A stretch of DNA of 64,000 bases, from assembly GCA_903936565.1 (NCBI GenBank), contig CAIZVZ010000019.1, positions 3,559 through 67,558 of the forward strand. Reading direction: 5' to 3'. The notes beneath the pieces were generated by a model. The model saw only the letters and a program-made list of their open reading frames with translations, made no database searches and was not told the DNA's origin. The DNA is from an uncultured bacterium. GTDB taxonomy: Bacteria > Patescibacteriota > Minisyncoccia > Phycocordibacterales > CAIZLB01. Shown here in pieces: positions 48,145 through 59,069 of the stretch (position 1 is the first letter of the stretch; each line of letters begins with the position of its first letter). Position numbers and translations under genes: made by a program.

Positions 48145-48975
48145 ATGAAAAACAGAGTCTTAATATTTGCAGATGGTGCATCAAGAGGAAATCCAGGAAG
48201 AGGGGGCCACGGTACGGTTGTCGTAAGTGGACTGGCCGAAAACTTTAATAGCAACTCAGGAGCTCTTGAAATTAAGGAATTGGGAGGACGGGGTAATATG
48301 ACCACCAACAACAAGATGGAACTAAGTGCAGTTATTGAGGGTCTGAGATATTGCGGGAAGATTGGTCTTGATAATCAGAATACAGAATTTAGTATTTACA
48401 CTGATTCTAAATATGTGATGAATGGAGCAGAGGGTTGGATTTTTGGTTGGAAGAAAAATGGATGGAAAACGAAAGCGGGGGAGGAAGTAAAAAATCAAGA
48501 ATTGTGGGAAGACTTATCGGATCTGATGCAAGGAAAGAAAATTGATTGGGTTCTACTTCCGGGGCATGCGGGCGTTGCGGGCAATGAGAGATGTGATCAA
48601 ATTGCAACTCTGTTTGCTGATAATATCAGTGAAGAGATTTCGGGTAATCCAAAATTGTTTGAAGGTAGTTTTGAAAAATACGGGGAAATTAAATCAGGAG
48701 AAATTGCAATTGACACCTCAAAACTTTTGGATGTTTTTTATAATCCAAGTTTGATCAAAATGGCGAAGGACGAAAAAAATGCGAGTGGGACAAAAAAGTC
48801 AGGAAGCTCTGCAAAAGCCTTTTCATATGTAAGTAAGGTTGATGGAAAAATATATATTGATAAAAATTGGTCAGATTGTGAGAAGAGAGTGAAGGGGACA
48901 AAGGGGGCACTTTACAAGAAGTCAGTGTCTCTAAATGATCAGGAAAATATTTCAAGAGATTTCATGTCTCGATAA
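48145..48975 (+). CDS. rnhA: Ribonuclease HI with C-terminal hybrid-binding-like domain
   Basis: ADGASRGNPG, TTNNKMEL, YTDSKY, WKKNGWK, GHAG..GNERCD. Confidence 0.9.
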   Translation: MKNRVLIFADGASRGNPGRGGHGTVVVSGLAENFNSNSGALEIKELGGRGNMTTNNKMELSAVIEGLRYCGKIGLDNQNTEFSIYTDSKYVMNGAEGWIFGWKKNGWKTKAGEEVKNQELWEDLSDLMQGKKIDWVLLPGHAGVAGNERCDQIATLFADNISEEISGNPKLFEGSFEKYGEIKSGEIAIDTSKLLDVFYNPSLIKMAKDEKNASGTKKSGSSAKAFSYVSKVDGKIYIDKNWSDCEKRVKGTKGALYKKSVSLNDQENISRDFMSR

Positions 48976-49034
48976 TCTTCTTTGAGTTTTCTTTAGATTT
49001 TTTTTATAGAAGCATTATGTCGATCTGATATGGT

Positions 49035-50537
49035 GTGGGGATGAACTTTGATTGGTTTTACAAAAAGAAAAGCAAAAGCACTTTGTGGGCGATTTGGATT
49101 TTTGTGATTGTCTTGTCTTTTGTAATAATTTATCTTCGATATAATTTTGTGACATCAAGATCGAAGTTCTTAATGGATAGGGTCGACAGGGAGGTCGAGT
49201 TACGAGGGGTGATTGTCGAGGAGTCGACTGATTTTGGTTTCAAAAAAAGTCTGATTGTCGAGGTGTCCGAAATCAAAATTAATGGCGAGGAAATTTCAAT
49301 TAATCCTGCAGGGTCGGATTTTTGGTTGAAAGATTTTTTGGACATAAGGAGGTATTTTGATTCAAGCTTTAGGAAAAATAAAATACGAGTTATTGCAAGT
49401 TGCTCGGATTGCAGTTTTGGTCACTTCGTAAATCTTGTTGGGACTTTGAGCTTACCAAAAGTTACAGAGGATTTTGACTCAAATATTTTTCTACTTTCTC
49501 GGGGAATACAGTTTGAAATTGTGAATGCGAAAATCAAGAAAGTTGGTGGATTCAACTCGAGGTTTACATTGGAAAATTATCTGTATGAATTCAAAAATCT
49601 CTTTGTGGAGAAAATTAAAATTGCTCTACCAAATAGAGAGGAGTCGGCACTTGGTGCTGGGATTTTGATCACAGGTAAAGGTGAGTTGTCCAAGAAAACT
49701 CTAGAAGACTTTAAAAGGTCTGGACTGGTACATATGGTGGTGTTATCCGGATTCAATGTTTCAATTGTCGCCCAGGTGATAATTTCTGTTTTATCTTTTC
49801 TGCCAAAAATAATCACAGGCACACTTGGGTCAATCAGTATCATTTTGTTTTGCATTATGGTCGGCGGAGGGGCAACGGTTATTAGGTCATTGATCATGTC
49901 CTTGATAGGAATTTTTTCTCAAGTCTTTGACCTTAATCATTCAGCACTCCGCGCTGTCCTTATTGCGGGAGGGCTGATGATAATTCAAAATCCAATAATC
50001 ATAATTGGTGATCCGTCTTTTCAATTGTCCTTTGCGTGTACAATGGGTTTGATACTTTTAGGTAATTCATCCAAACATTTTTTCAGTTTTGTGACCGATA
50101 GATTTGGTCTTCGTGAAGTCCTCTCATCTACCGTTGCGGTTCAGATATTTTCACTTCCGCTTCTCTTAAAATTCTCCGGTTCAATATCAGCTTACGGAAT
50201 CTTTGCAAATATTATGGTGGTACCCCTTATACCCTTTGCAATGCTCTTTGTGTTCTTTTCTGGTGTCTTCTGTTTCATCAACCAAAATTTGAGTATGGTA
50301 TTCAGTCTTGTTTCACATCTTATCCTATCTTATATATTGTTTGTAGTTAAGTACATTTCAGGTTTAAATAATGCGATGCTGGATATTGGGAAGACTAATA
50401 ACTTTTTTATCGTCTGTTGGTATGTCGTTGTAATTCCACTCTCTGTGATGCTTTATAGAAAGTTTTCGGATGATTCAAGTGTGTTGGGTATACGAGAGAT
50501 AAAGGAAGATATCAACAAAAAAATCCATCAGGTTTGA
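49035..50537 (+). CDS. comEC: ComEC membrane (Competence-domain) subunit
   Basis: FKRSGLVHMVVLSGFNV, VIRSLIM, SFQLSF; multiple TMs; OB-like N-terminal region. Confidence 0.88.
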   Translation: MGMNFDWFYKKKSKSTLWAIWIFVIVLSFVIIYLRYNFVTSRSKFLMDRVDREVELRGVIVEESTDFGFKKSLIVEVSEIKINGEEISINPAGSDFWLKDFLDIRRYFDSSFRKNKIRVIASCSDCSFGHFVNLVGTLSLPKVTEDFDSNIFLLSRGIQFEIVNAKIKKVGGFNSRFTLENYLYEFKNLFVEKIKIALPNREESALGAGILITGKGELSKKTLEDFKRSGLVHMVVLSGFNVSIVAQVIISVLSFLPKIITGTLGSISIILFCIMVGGGATVIRSLIMSLIGIFSQVFDLNHSALRAVLIAGGLMIIQNPIIIIGDPSFQLSFACTMGLILLGNSSKHFFSFVTDRFGLREVLSSTVAVQIFSLPLLLKFSGSISAYGIFANIMVVPLIPFAMLFVFFSGVFCFINQNLSMVFSLVSHLILSYILFVVKYISGLNNAMLDIGKTNNFFIVCWYVVVIPLSVMLYRKFSDDSSVLGIREIKEDINKKIHQV

Positions 50538-50704
50538 TGGATGAAACATAAAGTTTATGGATGCTGAGGTTCGGGGGACATACGTTTTGCCTGCATTCTG
50601 AATGACAAAAATATTTCTTGTGAGACTTTTGAAATTGAGATATCGGGGGAGTGGTCGGAGTTCTTGGTTGGGTGAATGAAATCTAATTGAATCTAGTATT
50701 GAGA

Positions 50705-51304
50705 CTACTTTGCTTCTAAGAATCTTTTCTCGGAAACAGAGAAATTTAAATTTTCGAAGAATGCCTCAACATATCTTTTCTTCTCGCTTGGGACAAAGTC
50801 TAACATGTATGAGTGCTCCCACATATCAAGGGCAAGAATTACAGAGCAACCAGCCAAGTGTCCTAGATGCTGTTCCTCAACCCATGAGTGATTAAGTGTC
50901 CCTGTCTTTTTATCAAAATAAAGGACGGCCCACCCAACACCTCGAGTCATTGCAATTTCTTTGAATCTAAAAAGCCATGAGTCGAATGACCCCCATGTCT
51001 CATTGATCTTTTGAACCAATTCACTCAGGTCACTTTTTGCTTGTGCGCCACCTTCAAATTGTTCGAAATAATATTCATGATTTCTCATGCCGTCAAACTC
51101 AAAAGAAAATCTTCTCTGAAGTTCAGAAATCAAGTAAGTGTTTTTTGTAATCTCTTCTTCACTTGTTCGAAGACCATCAATCTTCTCTAGAATCAAATTT
51201 GCACTTTTGGTGTATCCGGAGTAGAGCTTCAAATGTTCCTCTATGGTCTTCTGGCTAATTCCCTTGAGCTCCGAAATCGAGAATGTTTTTTCTGTAAATT
51301 TCAT
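50705..51304 (-). CDS. sod: Fe/Mn superoxide dismutase family protein
   Basis: EEHLKLY, NHEYYF, GVGWA, LDMWEHSY. Confidence 0.88.
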   Translation of the reverse strand: MKFTEKTFSISELKGISQKTIEEHLKLYSGYTKSANLILEKIDGLRTSEEEITKNTYLISELQRRFSFEFDGMRNHEYYFEQFEGGAQAKSDLSELVQKINETWGSFDSWLFRFKEIAMTRGVGWAVLYFDKKTGTLNHSWVEEQHLGHLAGCSVILALDMWEHSYMLDFVPSEKKRYVEAFFENLNFSVSEKRFLEAK

Positions 51305-51318
51305 ATTTTAAATTTATT

Positions 51319-52461
51319 ATGATTAATAATCTTCCTCAATTTTCTCAATCAATATGGCAAAGAATATTTGAAATATTTTTGCGATTTGCAGATGCCTTTT
51401 ATAGGGTCTCTGTCCGTCTATTATATCATAGTAAAATTGTGGGAGTTTTGTTCGTATTCTCTGGGGTTATTTTTGTGACATCCATCAGTTTCTACATTTC
51501 GGTTTTTAATGAAGCTAAAACACAAAGCGAAGTAGCTCAAAATAATCATCAGGGATTTTATGTTATTGATGTTGGTCAGGGTGACTCGTCTCTCTTTATC
51601 ACAAAAGAGAATCAAACTATTCTCACGGACACTGGAAGACCAGGAAGTGGAATTGTGCAAAAGTTAGAAAAGATTTTAGGAAAGTATAGAAAGAAAATTG
51701 ACGTGATTGTTTTGACTCATCCAGATTCAGATCATGCTGGGGAGATTGAAAATATTCTAGCCAACTTTGAAGTTGGATTAATTTTATATTCTCCAATTTA
51801 TGATGTCCGACCGGACTCAGCAAAATCAATTGAAAATATTAGAATGAAAAATCATGGATTGACCATGCCTGTTTTTACTGGTGAGAATTTGAATTTATCA
51901 TCGAAGGAAAAAATATATTTCCTCTCTCCTGCATTTTCTGGTATGGGAACGTTTGCTAGTAAAAAAGAATTGGCAGAGGATAATTACTTCTCGGTCGTAT
52001 CTCTTATAAAAAGCAAGGATTTAATTTTCATGATGGCCGATGCACCGCAAAAGATTGAAAAAGTTTTAGCGTCGTCTGTCAGCAACACCCTCTTGAGTTC
52101 ATCGTCTAACCGGGAGCAGGTTTCAGAATACACAGAAATTTTCTCTCAACTTTCAAATCTCACAGGAGAAGAATTTCAAAGAAATCAGTTTGATAGAATA
52201 ATTTTGAAGATTGGACACCATGGTTCAAAGACTTCATCAGCGCCAGAGTTTATTAAGAAACTTTCACCAACAGATGTAATTTTATCTTATGGAAAAAATA
52301 ACAGATACGGTCATCCTCATAAGGAAGTTTTGGATTTGTTGATGGGTGGATTTCTGACATCAGCCTCAACTGCTTCATCAACACTGCCAACCTCATCGTC
52401 TCCAATCACTAAAATCAAAATACACCGGACCATTTCTGGTGCGGTGTATTTTGGGGAGTAA
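51319..52461 (+). CDS. ComEC-type metallo-beta-lactamase-fold nuclease (stand-alone)
   Basis: IDVGQGDS, DTG, LTHPDSDH, GHHGS, NRYGHPH. Confidence 0.88.
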   Translation: MINNLPQFSQSIWQRIFEIFLRFADAFYRVSVRLLYHSKIVGVLFVFSGVIFVTSISFYISVFNEAKTQSEVAQNNHQGFYVIDVGQGDSSLFITKENQTILTDTGRPGSGIVQKLEKILGKYRKKIDVIVLTHPDSDHAGEIENILANFEVGLILYSPIYDVRPDSAKSIENIRMKNHGLTMPVFTGENLNLSSKEKIYFLSPAFSGMGTFASKKELAEDNYFSVVSLIKSKDLIFMMADAPQKIEKVLASSVSNTLLSSSSNREQVSEYTEIFSQLSNLTGEEFQRNQFDRIILKIGHHGSKTSSAPEFIKKLSPTDVILSYGKNNRYGHPHKEVLDLLMGGFLTSASTASSTLPTSSSPITKIKIHRTISGAVYFGE

Positions 52462-52476
52462 TCCGATTACTTGTAA

Positions 52477-52728
52477 TTATTTCATTTTTATCAAACCAGC
52501 TTTCTTGAGAGTGGCAAAGGCGCCATTCTTTTGAATAGTTTTGATTGCTCTAGTTGATAGAGTTAATGTAACTGATTGTCCAAGCTCTGGAACATAAATA
52601 CGCTTCTTTTGAAGATTGGCGCGTCTACGTCTCAACCCTGTTGGGTTGAATTGAGTAGCACGAGTACGGTTAGAATACCCGCCTCCATTAATTGAACTTC
52701 TTTTTGTTATTGCGCAAACTTTTGCCAT
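52477..52728 (-). CDS. rpmB: 50S ribosomal protein L28
   Basis: MAKVCAIT...RRRRANLQKKRI...LSTRAIKTI.K.G. Confidence 0.9.
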   Translation of the reverse strand: MAKVCAITKRSSINGGGYSNRTRATQFNPTGLRRRRANLQKKRIYVPELGQSVTLTLSTRAIKTIQKNGAFATLKKAGLIKMK

Positions 52729-52754
52729 ATGTTTTGGTATGCTATCATACTTCT

Positions 52755-53375
52755 ATGGACATAGCAACAATAATAATTTCGATAGCGATACTGGTATTTT
52801 CCGTGGTAATTCACGAAGTGGCCCATGGGCTAGCTGCACTTAGCCAGGGTGACCAAACAGCCAAAATCATGGGTCGCCTTACTCTAAACCCAATAAAGCA
52901 TATAGATCCATTCGGCTCTATAATATTACCTCTGTTCTGTGCTATTTTACCCGGTGGAATCATCCTTGGATGGGCAAAGCCTGTACCTGTAAACTTCAAC
53001 GCCCTTAGGTCTGGAAAGAAGGGTGAAGCACTGGTTGCCTTTGCTGGCCCCCTATCAAATATAATATTGGCTGTTGTTGCTGGCTTGGTTATAAGAGGGT
53101 TTGCTTCATCGCTCCCAGACCCTGCTGTCATTGCACTATCTATAGTAATCATAACCAACTTGGTTCTTGCTGTATTTAACCTCGTCCCTCTTCCTCCGTT
53201 GGATGGCTCCCGTATCCTCGCCGCTATTTTACCCCACAAGGCAAGATACATAATGGGTATACTTGATAGATATGGCTTGATATTTGCTCTAGTCTTCATA
53301 TTCTTTATCTGGCAACTGGTTGTCCCCGTGGTGTATTTTATAGCTAATTTGATTATTGGAGCTAGAGTTTTCTAG
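52755..53375 (+). CDS. Site-2 protease (M50) family
   Basis: HEVAH, GWAKPVP, AGPLSN, FNLVPLPPLDG; start ATG 52755. Confidence 0.92.
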   Translation: MDIATIIISIAILVFSVVIHEVAHGLAALSQGDQTAKIMGRLTLNPIKHIDPFGSIILPLFCAILPGGIILGWAKPVPVNFNALRSGKKGEALVAFAGPLSNIILAVVAGLVIRGFASSLPDPAVIALSIVIITNLVLAVFNLVPLPPLDGSRILAAILPHKARYIMGILDRYGLIFALVFIFFIWQLVVPVVYFIANLIIGARVF

Positions 53376-53514
53376 TCTTTGGAATGATTTTAGGTATCTA
53401 ATGTATAATTCAGTCCCATCGGAGCTTATAGAAGGTTACGACCCTTGCATTAAGCACCTATATATAGTAGTCTATGACAACTAGTGTATTTTACATACGC
53501 TCGTAAATTTAAGT

Positions 53515-53931
53515 ATGCCAACTTTAAATCAATTAGTTAAGAAGAACCGTTCAAAAGCTCGCAAAAAGAGTAAGGCTATTGCACTTACTCGTGGTTTTAA
53601 CACATTGCAAAACAGACCAATCTTTTATAATTCACCTTTTAAAAGAGGAGTTTGTACAAAGGTTACAACCAAAACACCTAAGAAGCCTAACTCTGCTATC
53701 AGAAAGATCGCTAGAGTTCGTCTTACAAACGGTATAGAAGTTACTGCTTACATCCCAGGAATGGGACACAACCTACAAGAGCACTCCGTGGTACTACTAC
53801 GTGGTGGTCGTGTTAAGGACGTTGGTATTAGATATACCGTTGTTCGCGGAAAGCTAGACTGTGCAGGTGTTGAAAAGCGTAGAAAGCAACGTTCAGCTTA
53901 CGGCGCAAAGCGCCCAAAGGCAGCTAAGTAA
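53515..53931 (+). CDS. rpsL: 30S ribosomal protein S12
   Basis: [19 protein letters not shown]. Confidence 0.98.
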   Translation: MPTLNQLVKKNRSKARKKSKAIALTRGFNTLQNRPIFYNSPFKRGVCTKVTTKTPKKPNSAIRKIARVRLTNGIEVTAYIPGMGHNLQEHSVVLLRGGRVKDVGIRYTVVRGKLDCAGVEKRRKQRSAYGAKRPKAAK

Positions 53932-54071
53932 TTAGCTGTTTCGTCTCGGAATGTACACTCGTACAAAAAATGATTTATAGAGTAAGTTTTTGACGAAGCG
54001 GTCAAAAGTCTGAAAAAAGTCTATAAATCGCGTATTATCAATATTATTAAAAATTACGTAACTTACAGAAA

Positions 54072-54542
54072 ATGCGAAGAAAATTAAAAAAGAAGGTTGT
54101 TATAAAACCTGATATAAAATATAAGTCAGAAGTAGTTTCAAAATTCATAAACTATGTTATGTGGAGTGGTAAGAAAGAGACCGCTGCAAAGATTGTTTAT
54201 TCATGTTTTGACACTATTAAGGATTTAGCCAAGACAGAAAATCCATTAGAGATTTTTGAAACAGCCCTTAAAAATGCAGCTCCTCAAGTTGAGGTTAGAT
54301 CAAGAAGAGTTGGAGGTGCAAACTATCAAGTTCCTAGAGAAGTTAGAGCTGAAAGAAGAGCTTTCCTATCTATGAAATGGATTATTGATGCAGCTCGTGC
54401 AAAAAAGGGTAAGGCTATCCATTTAAAACTAGCAGATGAAATTTTTGCAGCTTCAAAGAATGAAGGAGAAGCAGTAAGAAAGAAAGAGAATACCCACAAG
54501 ATGGCAGATGCCAACAAGGCCTTTGCTCACTTTGCTTGGTAA
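54072..54542 (+). CDS. rpsG: 30S ribosomal protein S7
   Basis: [27 protein letters not shown]. Confidence 0.98.
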   Translation: MRRKLKKKVVIKPDIKYKSEVVSKFINYVMWSGKKETAAKIVYSCFDTIKDLAKTENPLEIFETALKNAAPQVEVRSRRVGGANYQVPREVRAERRAFLSMKWIIDAARAKKGKAIHLKLADEIFAASKNEGEAVRKKENTHKMADANKAFAHFAW

Positions 54543-54643
54543 TTCTAATCACAAACCCCAAGCAAACTCTATCCAGAGCTCATTGTTGGGGTTTGTTGAT
54601 TTATGGTAAACTATATTTATAAAAATTAAATAAAAAATAATAT

Positions 54644-56797
54644 ATGCAACGTGATTATCCATTAGAGCGAATTAGAAACTTTGGTATCATCGCTCACATT
54701 GACGCTGGTAAGACAACAACATCAGAACGTGTTCTTTACTACACAGGAATGAGCCATAAAATTGGTGAAGTTCATGAAGGAGAGGCAGTAACAGACTGGA
54801 TGGAACAAGAAAAAGAGCGTGGTATTACAATTACCGCAGCTGCTATTACTTGTTTCTGGAACCCAACATACATGGGAGCAGATAAGTCTATTATGCATCG
54901 TTTCAACATTATCGACACTCCTGGTCACGTGGACTTTACAGTTGAGGTTGAAAGATCTCTAAAGGTTCTTGATGGAGGAGTTGTGGTATTTGATGGAGTT
55001 GCCGGAGTTGAAGCTCAATCAGAAACAGTTTGGAGACAAGCTGATAAGTATCACGTTCCACGTATTTGTTTTATTAACAAGCTAGACAGAATGGGAGCAT
55101 CATTTGAAAGATCATATCAATCAATCTTGGACAGACTAAACAAGAATGCAATCAGAATGCAGCTTCCAATCGGAGAAGAAGAGAACTTGGCGGGAGTTGT
55201 TGATCTTCTAAAGATGAAGGCTTACAAGTTTGAAGGAGACATGGGAAGTACTGTTACAGAATATGAAGTCCCAGCTGAGATGCTTGATGAAGCTAAGATG
55301 AGAAGACAAGAACTAGTTGAGAAGTGTGTAGAGTTCGATGAAGAATTGATGAACAGATACCTAGAAGAAGGTGAGTCTGCGGTATTCACAATCGATGAAC
55401 TTAAAGCATCTCTAAGAAAGGGAGTTATCTCAAATAAGGTTTTCCCAGTTTTCACAGGTTCAGCTCTTAAGAACAAAGGAGTTCAACTAGTATTGGATGC
55501 CGTTATTGATTACCTACCATGTCCACTAGACGTTCCTCCAATAAAAGGACTTGATCCAGAGACAAATGAAGAAATTGAAAGACACGCATCAGATGAAGAA
55601 CCTTTTGCAGCACTTGCATTCAAATTGCAAACTGACCCATTCGTAGGACAACTTACATTCTTCCGTGTATATTCCGGAACAATTGAAGCTGGTTCATATA
55701 TTTACAATGCTACAACTGGTAACAAGGAGAGACTTGGACGTATTGTTAGACTTCAAGCTAATAAGAGAGAAGATGTTAAGAAAGTTTTTGCTGGAGAAAT
55801 TGCAGCAGCCGTAGGTCTTAAGGAAGCAAAGACATCTCACACTTTCTGTGATGAATCTCATCCGATTCTGCTTGATCCTATTAAGTTCGCAGAGCCTGTT
55901 GTGTCTCTAAGAATCGAGCCAAAGACAAAGGCAGATCAAGAGAAGATGGGTGTTGCTCTTAAGAAACTAGGAGATGAAGATCCAACATTTAGAATTTCTT
56001 CAAACTCAGAGACAGGAGATACTGTTATCTCAGGAATGGGTGAACTTCACCTTGAAATCATGGTTGATAGAATGAAGAGAGAGTTCAATGTTGAGGCTAA
56101 CGTGGGTGCTCCTCAAGTTGCATACAGAGAGACAATTCTTGGAAGTGCAGAGGCAGAACACAAATATGTTAAGCAATCTGGAGGTAAGGGGCAATATGGT
56201 CACGTTAAGATTACAATTAAGCACCTAGAGCCACTAGAGGAAGGAGCTAAGATTCCTAAAAACGTGCACAGAACTGCTGACTTTGAGTTTATTGACTCAA
56301 TTAAAGGAGGAGTTATCCCAGCAGAATTTATTCCTGCAGTTGAGAAGGGGGTTAAAGAGGCAATGGAAAGAGGTATTGTTGCTGGATTCCCACTAACAAA
56401 CGTATCTTGTGAGCTAACATTTGGATCATATCACGATGTTGACTCATCAGAAATCGCTTACAAGATTGCAGCTTCTCAAGCTTTCCAAGAGGGAGCAAAG
56501 AGAGCGAGACCTGTTATTCTTGAGCCTATAATGAAGGTTGAAGCCCTAACACCAGAGCAATTCATGGGTGACGTTACAGGATCACTTTCATCAAAGAGAG
56601 GACAAATTGAAGGAATGGACGATAGACTAGGCGGAATCAAGGTTATCAGAGCGATGGTTCCACTATCAGAAATGTTTGGTTACACAACAGATATACGATC
56701 AATGACACAAGGAAGAGGCTCAGTAACAATGGAATTCGATCACTATGATACAGTTCCAGCAAACGTGGAGAAGACAATCGTTGAGTCAAGGAAATAA
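54644..56797 (+). CDS. fusA: Elongation factor G
   Basis: [30 protein letters not shown]. Confidence 0.98.
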   Translation: MQRDYPLERIRNFGIIAHIDAGKTTTSERVLYYTGMSHKIGEVHEGEAVTDWMEQEKERGITITAAAITCFWNPTYMGADKSIMHRFNIIDTPGHVDFTVEVERSLKVLDGGVVVFDGVAGVEAQSETVWRQADKYHVPRICFINKLDRMGASFERSYQSILDRLNKNAIRMQLPIGEEENLAGVVDLLKMKAYKFEGDMGSTVTEYEVPAEMLDEAKMRRQELVEKCVEFDEELMNRYLEEGESAVFTIDELKASLRKGVISNKVFPVFTGSALKNKGVQLVLDAVIDYLPCPLDVPPIKGLDPETNEEIERHASDEEPFAALAFKLQTDPFVGQLTFFRVYSGTIEAGSYIYNATTGNKERLGRIVRLQANKREDVKKVFAGEIAAAVGLKEAKTSHTFCDESHPILLDPIKFAEPVVSLRIEPKTKADQEKMGVALKKLGDEDPTFRISSNSETGDTVISGMGELHLEIMVDRMKREFNVEANVGAPQVAYRETILGSAEAEHKYVKQSGGKGQYGHVKITIKHLEPLEEGAKIPKNVHRTADFEFIDSIKGGVIPAEFIPAVEKGVKEAMERGIVAGFPLTNVSCELTFGSYHDVDSSEIAYKIAASQAFQEGAKRARPVILEPIMKVEALTPEQFMGDVTGSLSSKRGQIEGMDDRLGGIKVIRAMVPLSEMFGYTTDIRSMTQGRGSVTMEFDHYDTVPANVEKTIVESRK

Positions 56798-56857
56798 AAA
56801 AAGATAGCAACAGAGCCGTATTAAGGACAATTTCCCAAAAACGTCTAATATATTCTG

Positions 56858-56887
56858 ACAAAAGCACCCCGAGAGGGGTGTTTTTGT
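56858..56887 (+). terminator. Intrinsic terminator after fusA
   Basis: acaaaagcacccc-gaga-ggggtgtttttgt. Confidence 0.75.
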
Positions 56888-57001
56888 GTTGGTTTGAGTC
56901 TAGATCCGCAGTAGAAAAGATTATTTGACTTTATGTTTTTTGGTGCCATTATGGTTATAGCGTTCTTTCTTAAAACCATTCACCAACAACCCCCGATAAA
57001 C

Positions 57002-57334
57002 ATGCAAACTGGATTACGAGACCATGACGATATGAAAAGACGACTAGAGGAACTTGAACTTGCTGACTATCTGAATCTTCTACTTTTGCAACGCGCTGGA
57101 GAGGCGATGGACGGAATTGGCATAGTTGACCTACTGCGGGGTGCTTTTGCTGAGTATATCGTCGAAACGGAACTTCCTCAATCTAAAATGGCGGAGCTGA
57201 ATGCAAAAATGACAAGCTACGTTGACGCTGTGATGGAAGATCTTGATTTGGCAGATTCAGCCTGTCTTTATTGGATTGAATTGAATCGATCTACCGGATT
57301 TGGTCAAATCCCTGAGGATATTAGACCATTTTAA
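57002..57334 (+). CDS. Small acidic hypothetical protein between fusA and tuf
   Basis: ORF 56933-57334, probable ATG 57002; no recognised motif. Confidence 0.55.
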   Translation: MQTGLRDHDDMKRRLEELELADYLNLLLLQRAGEAMDGIGIVDLLRGAFAEYIVETELPQSKMAELNAKMTSYVDAVMEDLDLADSACLYWIELNRSTGFGQIPEDIRPF

Positions 57335-57411
57335 GGCTCAATCAGCGTCTTTTACCCCACTAATTATACCGCCGGACCCGACAGGGTCCGGCGCTCCTCT
57401 TTTCAAGATCC

Positions 57412-57578
57412 ATATCCCGAAGGTGGGGGTTTGTTTGTATATTAAGGACCTTACCCAACCCCTTAAAGAGACTTGCGAACTGCAGTGAGCAGAGGAGATT
57501 TCTTGCTAGAAATCTCCGTGCTCTTTAAGGGGTTGGGTAGGGGACGTTTTGTATTGACAAACCCCCACCTTCTGATAT
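57412..57578. repeat. Nested inverted-repeat element (about 167 bp)
   Basis: 16-bp arms 57419-57434/57557-57572, 19-bp arms 57452-57470/57521-57539, inner hairpin ggagatttct-tgct-agaaatctcc. Confidence 0.8.
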
Positions 57579-57819
57579 TATCCAGTATGACGCCAAATGG
57601 CGGTTTTTTATCCCAACTCTTCTTTTTGATTTAAGGCAAGTATTAAAGAATCAAACATAATAAAGCTATTTACAAGAAGAAGCACTGGGGATGAAATTTA
57701 AGAAAATTTATTAATTTTAATTTTTATTAATTAGTAAATATTGGGCCTGCGGAGATATCCGCGCCTTATGGAGATATCCATATTTAAAGCCCTGTATTTA
57801 TATAATTATCAACAAATAT

Positions 57820-59013
57820 ATGGCAGTAGAAGCTTTTGATCGTTCAAAACCTCACTTAAACGTAGGTACAATTGGTCACGTTGATCACGGAAAGACTACC
57901 TTAACAGCTGCAATCCTTAATGTTCTTCACAGAGCAGGTATGCAAGCAACAATCAAGGATGTTAGTGAAATTGACAAGGCCCCAGAAGAGAAGGCTCGTG
58001 GTATTACAATTTCATTGTCACACAGTGAATACACAACAAATGTAAGACACTATGCTCACATTGATGCTCCAGGTCACGCCGACTACATCAAGAACATGAT
58101 TACTGGTGCCGCTCAAATGGACGGTGCTATCTTGGTAGTTGCTGCAACAGATGGACCAATGCCACAAACACGTGAGCACGTTCTTCTTGCAAAGCAAGTT
58201 GGTGTTCCAAAGATTATCGTATTCATGAACAAGTGTGACATGGTAGATGATGCAGACATGCTTGATCTAGTTGAGGCAGAAATTAGAGAGTTGCTAGTAA
58301 AGAACGGATTTGACGAAAATGCTCCAATTATCAGAGGTTCAGCGCTTAAGGCACTTGAAGCTCCAGATAATACAGATCAATGGTCAATGAAAGTTCTAGA
58401 ACTTGCAGAGGCTCTTGACACATATCTTCCACAACCAGTGAGAGAGACTGACAAACCATTCCTTATGCCTATTGAGGACATCTTCTCAATTGAAGGAAGA
58501 GGAACAGTAGTTACAGGAAAGATTGAAAAAGGTATGATTAAGATTGGTGAAGAAATAGAAATCGTTGGAATCAAAGATACTCAAAAGACAGTTGTTACAG
58601 GAATCGAAATGTTCAACAAGCAACTAACAGAGGGTATGGCTGGAGACAACGCTGGTATTCTTCTAAGATCTGTTAAGAAGGATGATCTTACAAGAGGTCA
58701 AGTTCTTTCAAAGCCAGGTTCAGTTAAGCCACACACAGATTTTGAAGCAGAAGTCTATATCCTTAAGAAGGAAGAAGGCGGTCGACACACTCCATTCTTC
58801 TCAGGTTACAAACCACAGTTCTACGTACGTACAACTGACGTTACAGGAGAGGTTACATTAAAAGAAGGTGTAGACATGGTTATGCCAGGTGACACAGTTA
58901 CATTCAAAGTTAAATTGGTAGCCCCAATTGCTCTTGAAGACAATACAAGATTCGCTATTCGCGAGGGAGGTAGAACTGTTGGAGCTGGAGTTGTAACTAA
59001 GATCGTAGCCTAA
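57820..59013 (+). CDS. tuf: Elongation factor Tu
   Basis: [31 protein letters not shown]. Confidence 0.98.
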   Translation: MAVEAFDRSKPHLNVGTIGHVDHGKTTLTAAILNVLHRAGMQATIKDVSEIDKAPEEKARGITISLSHSEYTTNVRHYAHIDAPGHADYIKNMITGAAQMDGAILVVAATDGPMPQTREHVLLAKQVGVPKIIVFMNKCDMVDDADMLDLVEAEIRELLVKNGFDENAPIIRGSALKALEAPDNTDQWSMKVLELAEALDTYLPQPVRETDKPFLMPIEDIFSIEGRGTVVTGKIEKGMIKIGEEIEIVGIKDTQKTVVTGIEMFNKQLTEGMAGDNAGILLRSVKKDDLTRGQVLSKPGSVKPHTDFEAEVYILKKEEGGRHTPFFSGYKPQFYVRTTDVTGEVTLKEGVDMVMPGDTVTFKVKLVAPIALEDNTRFAIREGGRTVGAGVVTKIVA

Positions 59014-59069
59014 CTTTTAGTTAACGGAAGATTGAATTTTACTCAGAAAACATTAAAAAAAACGCCATT

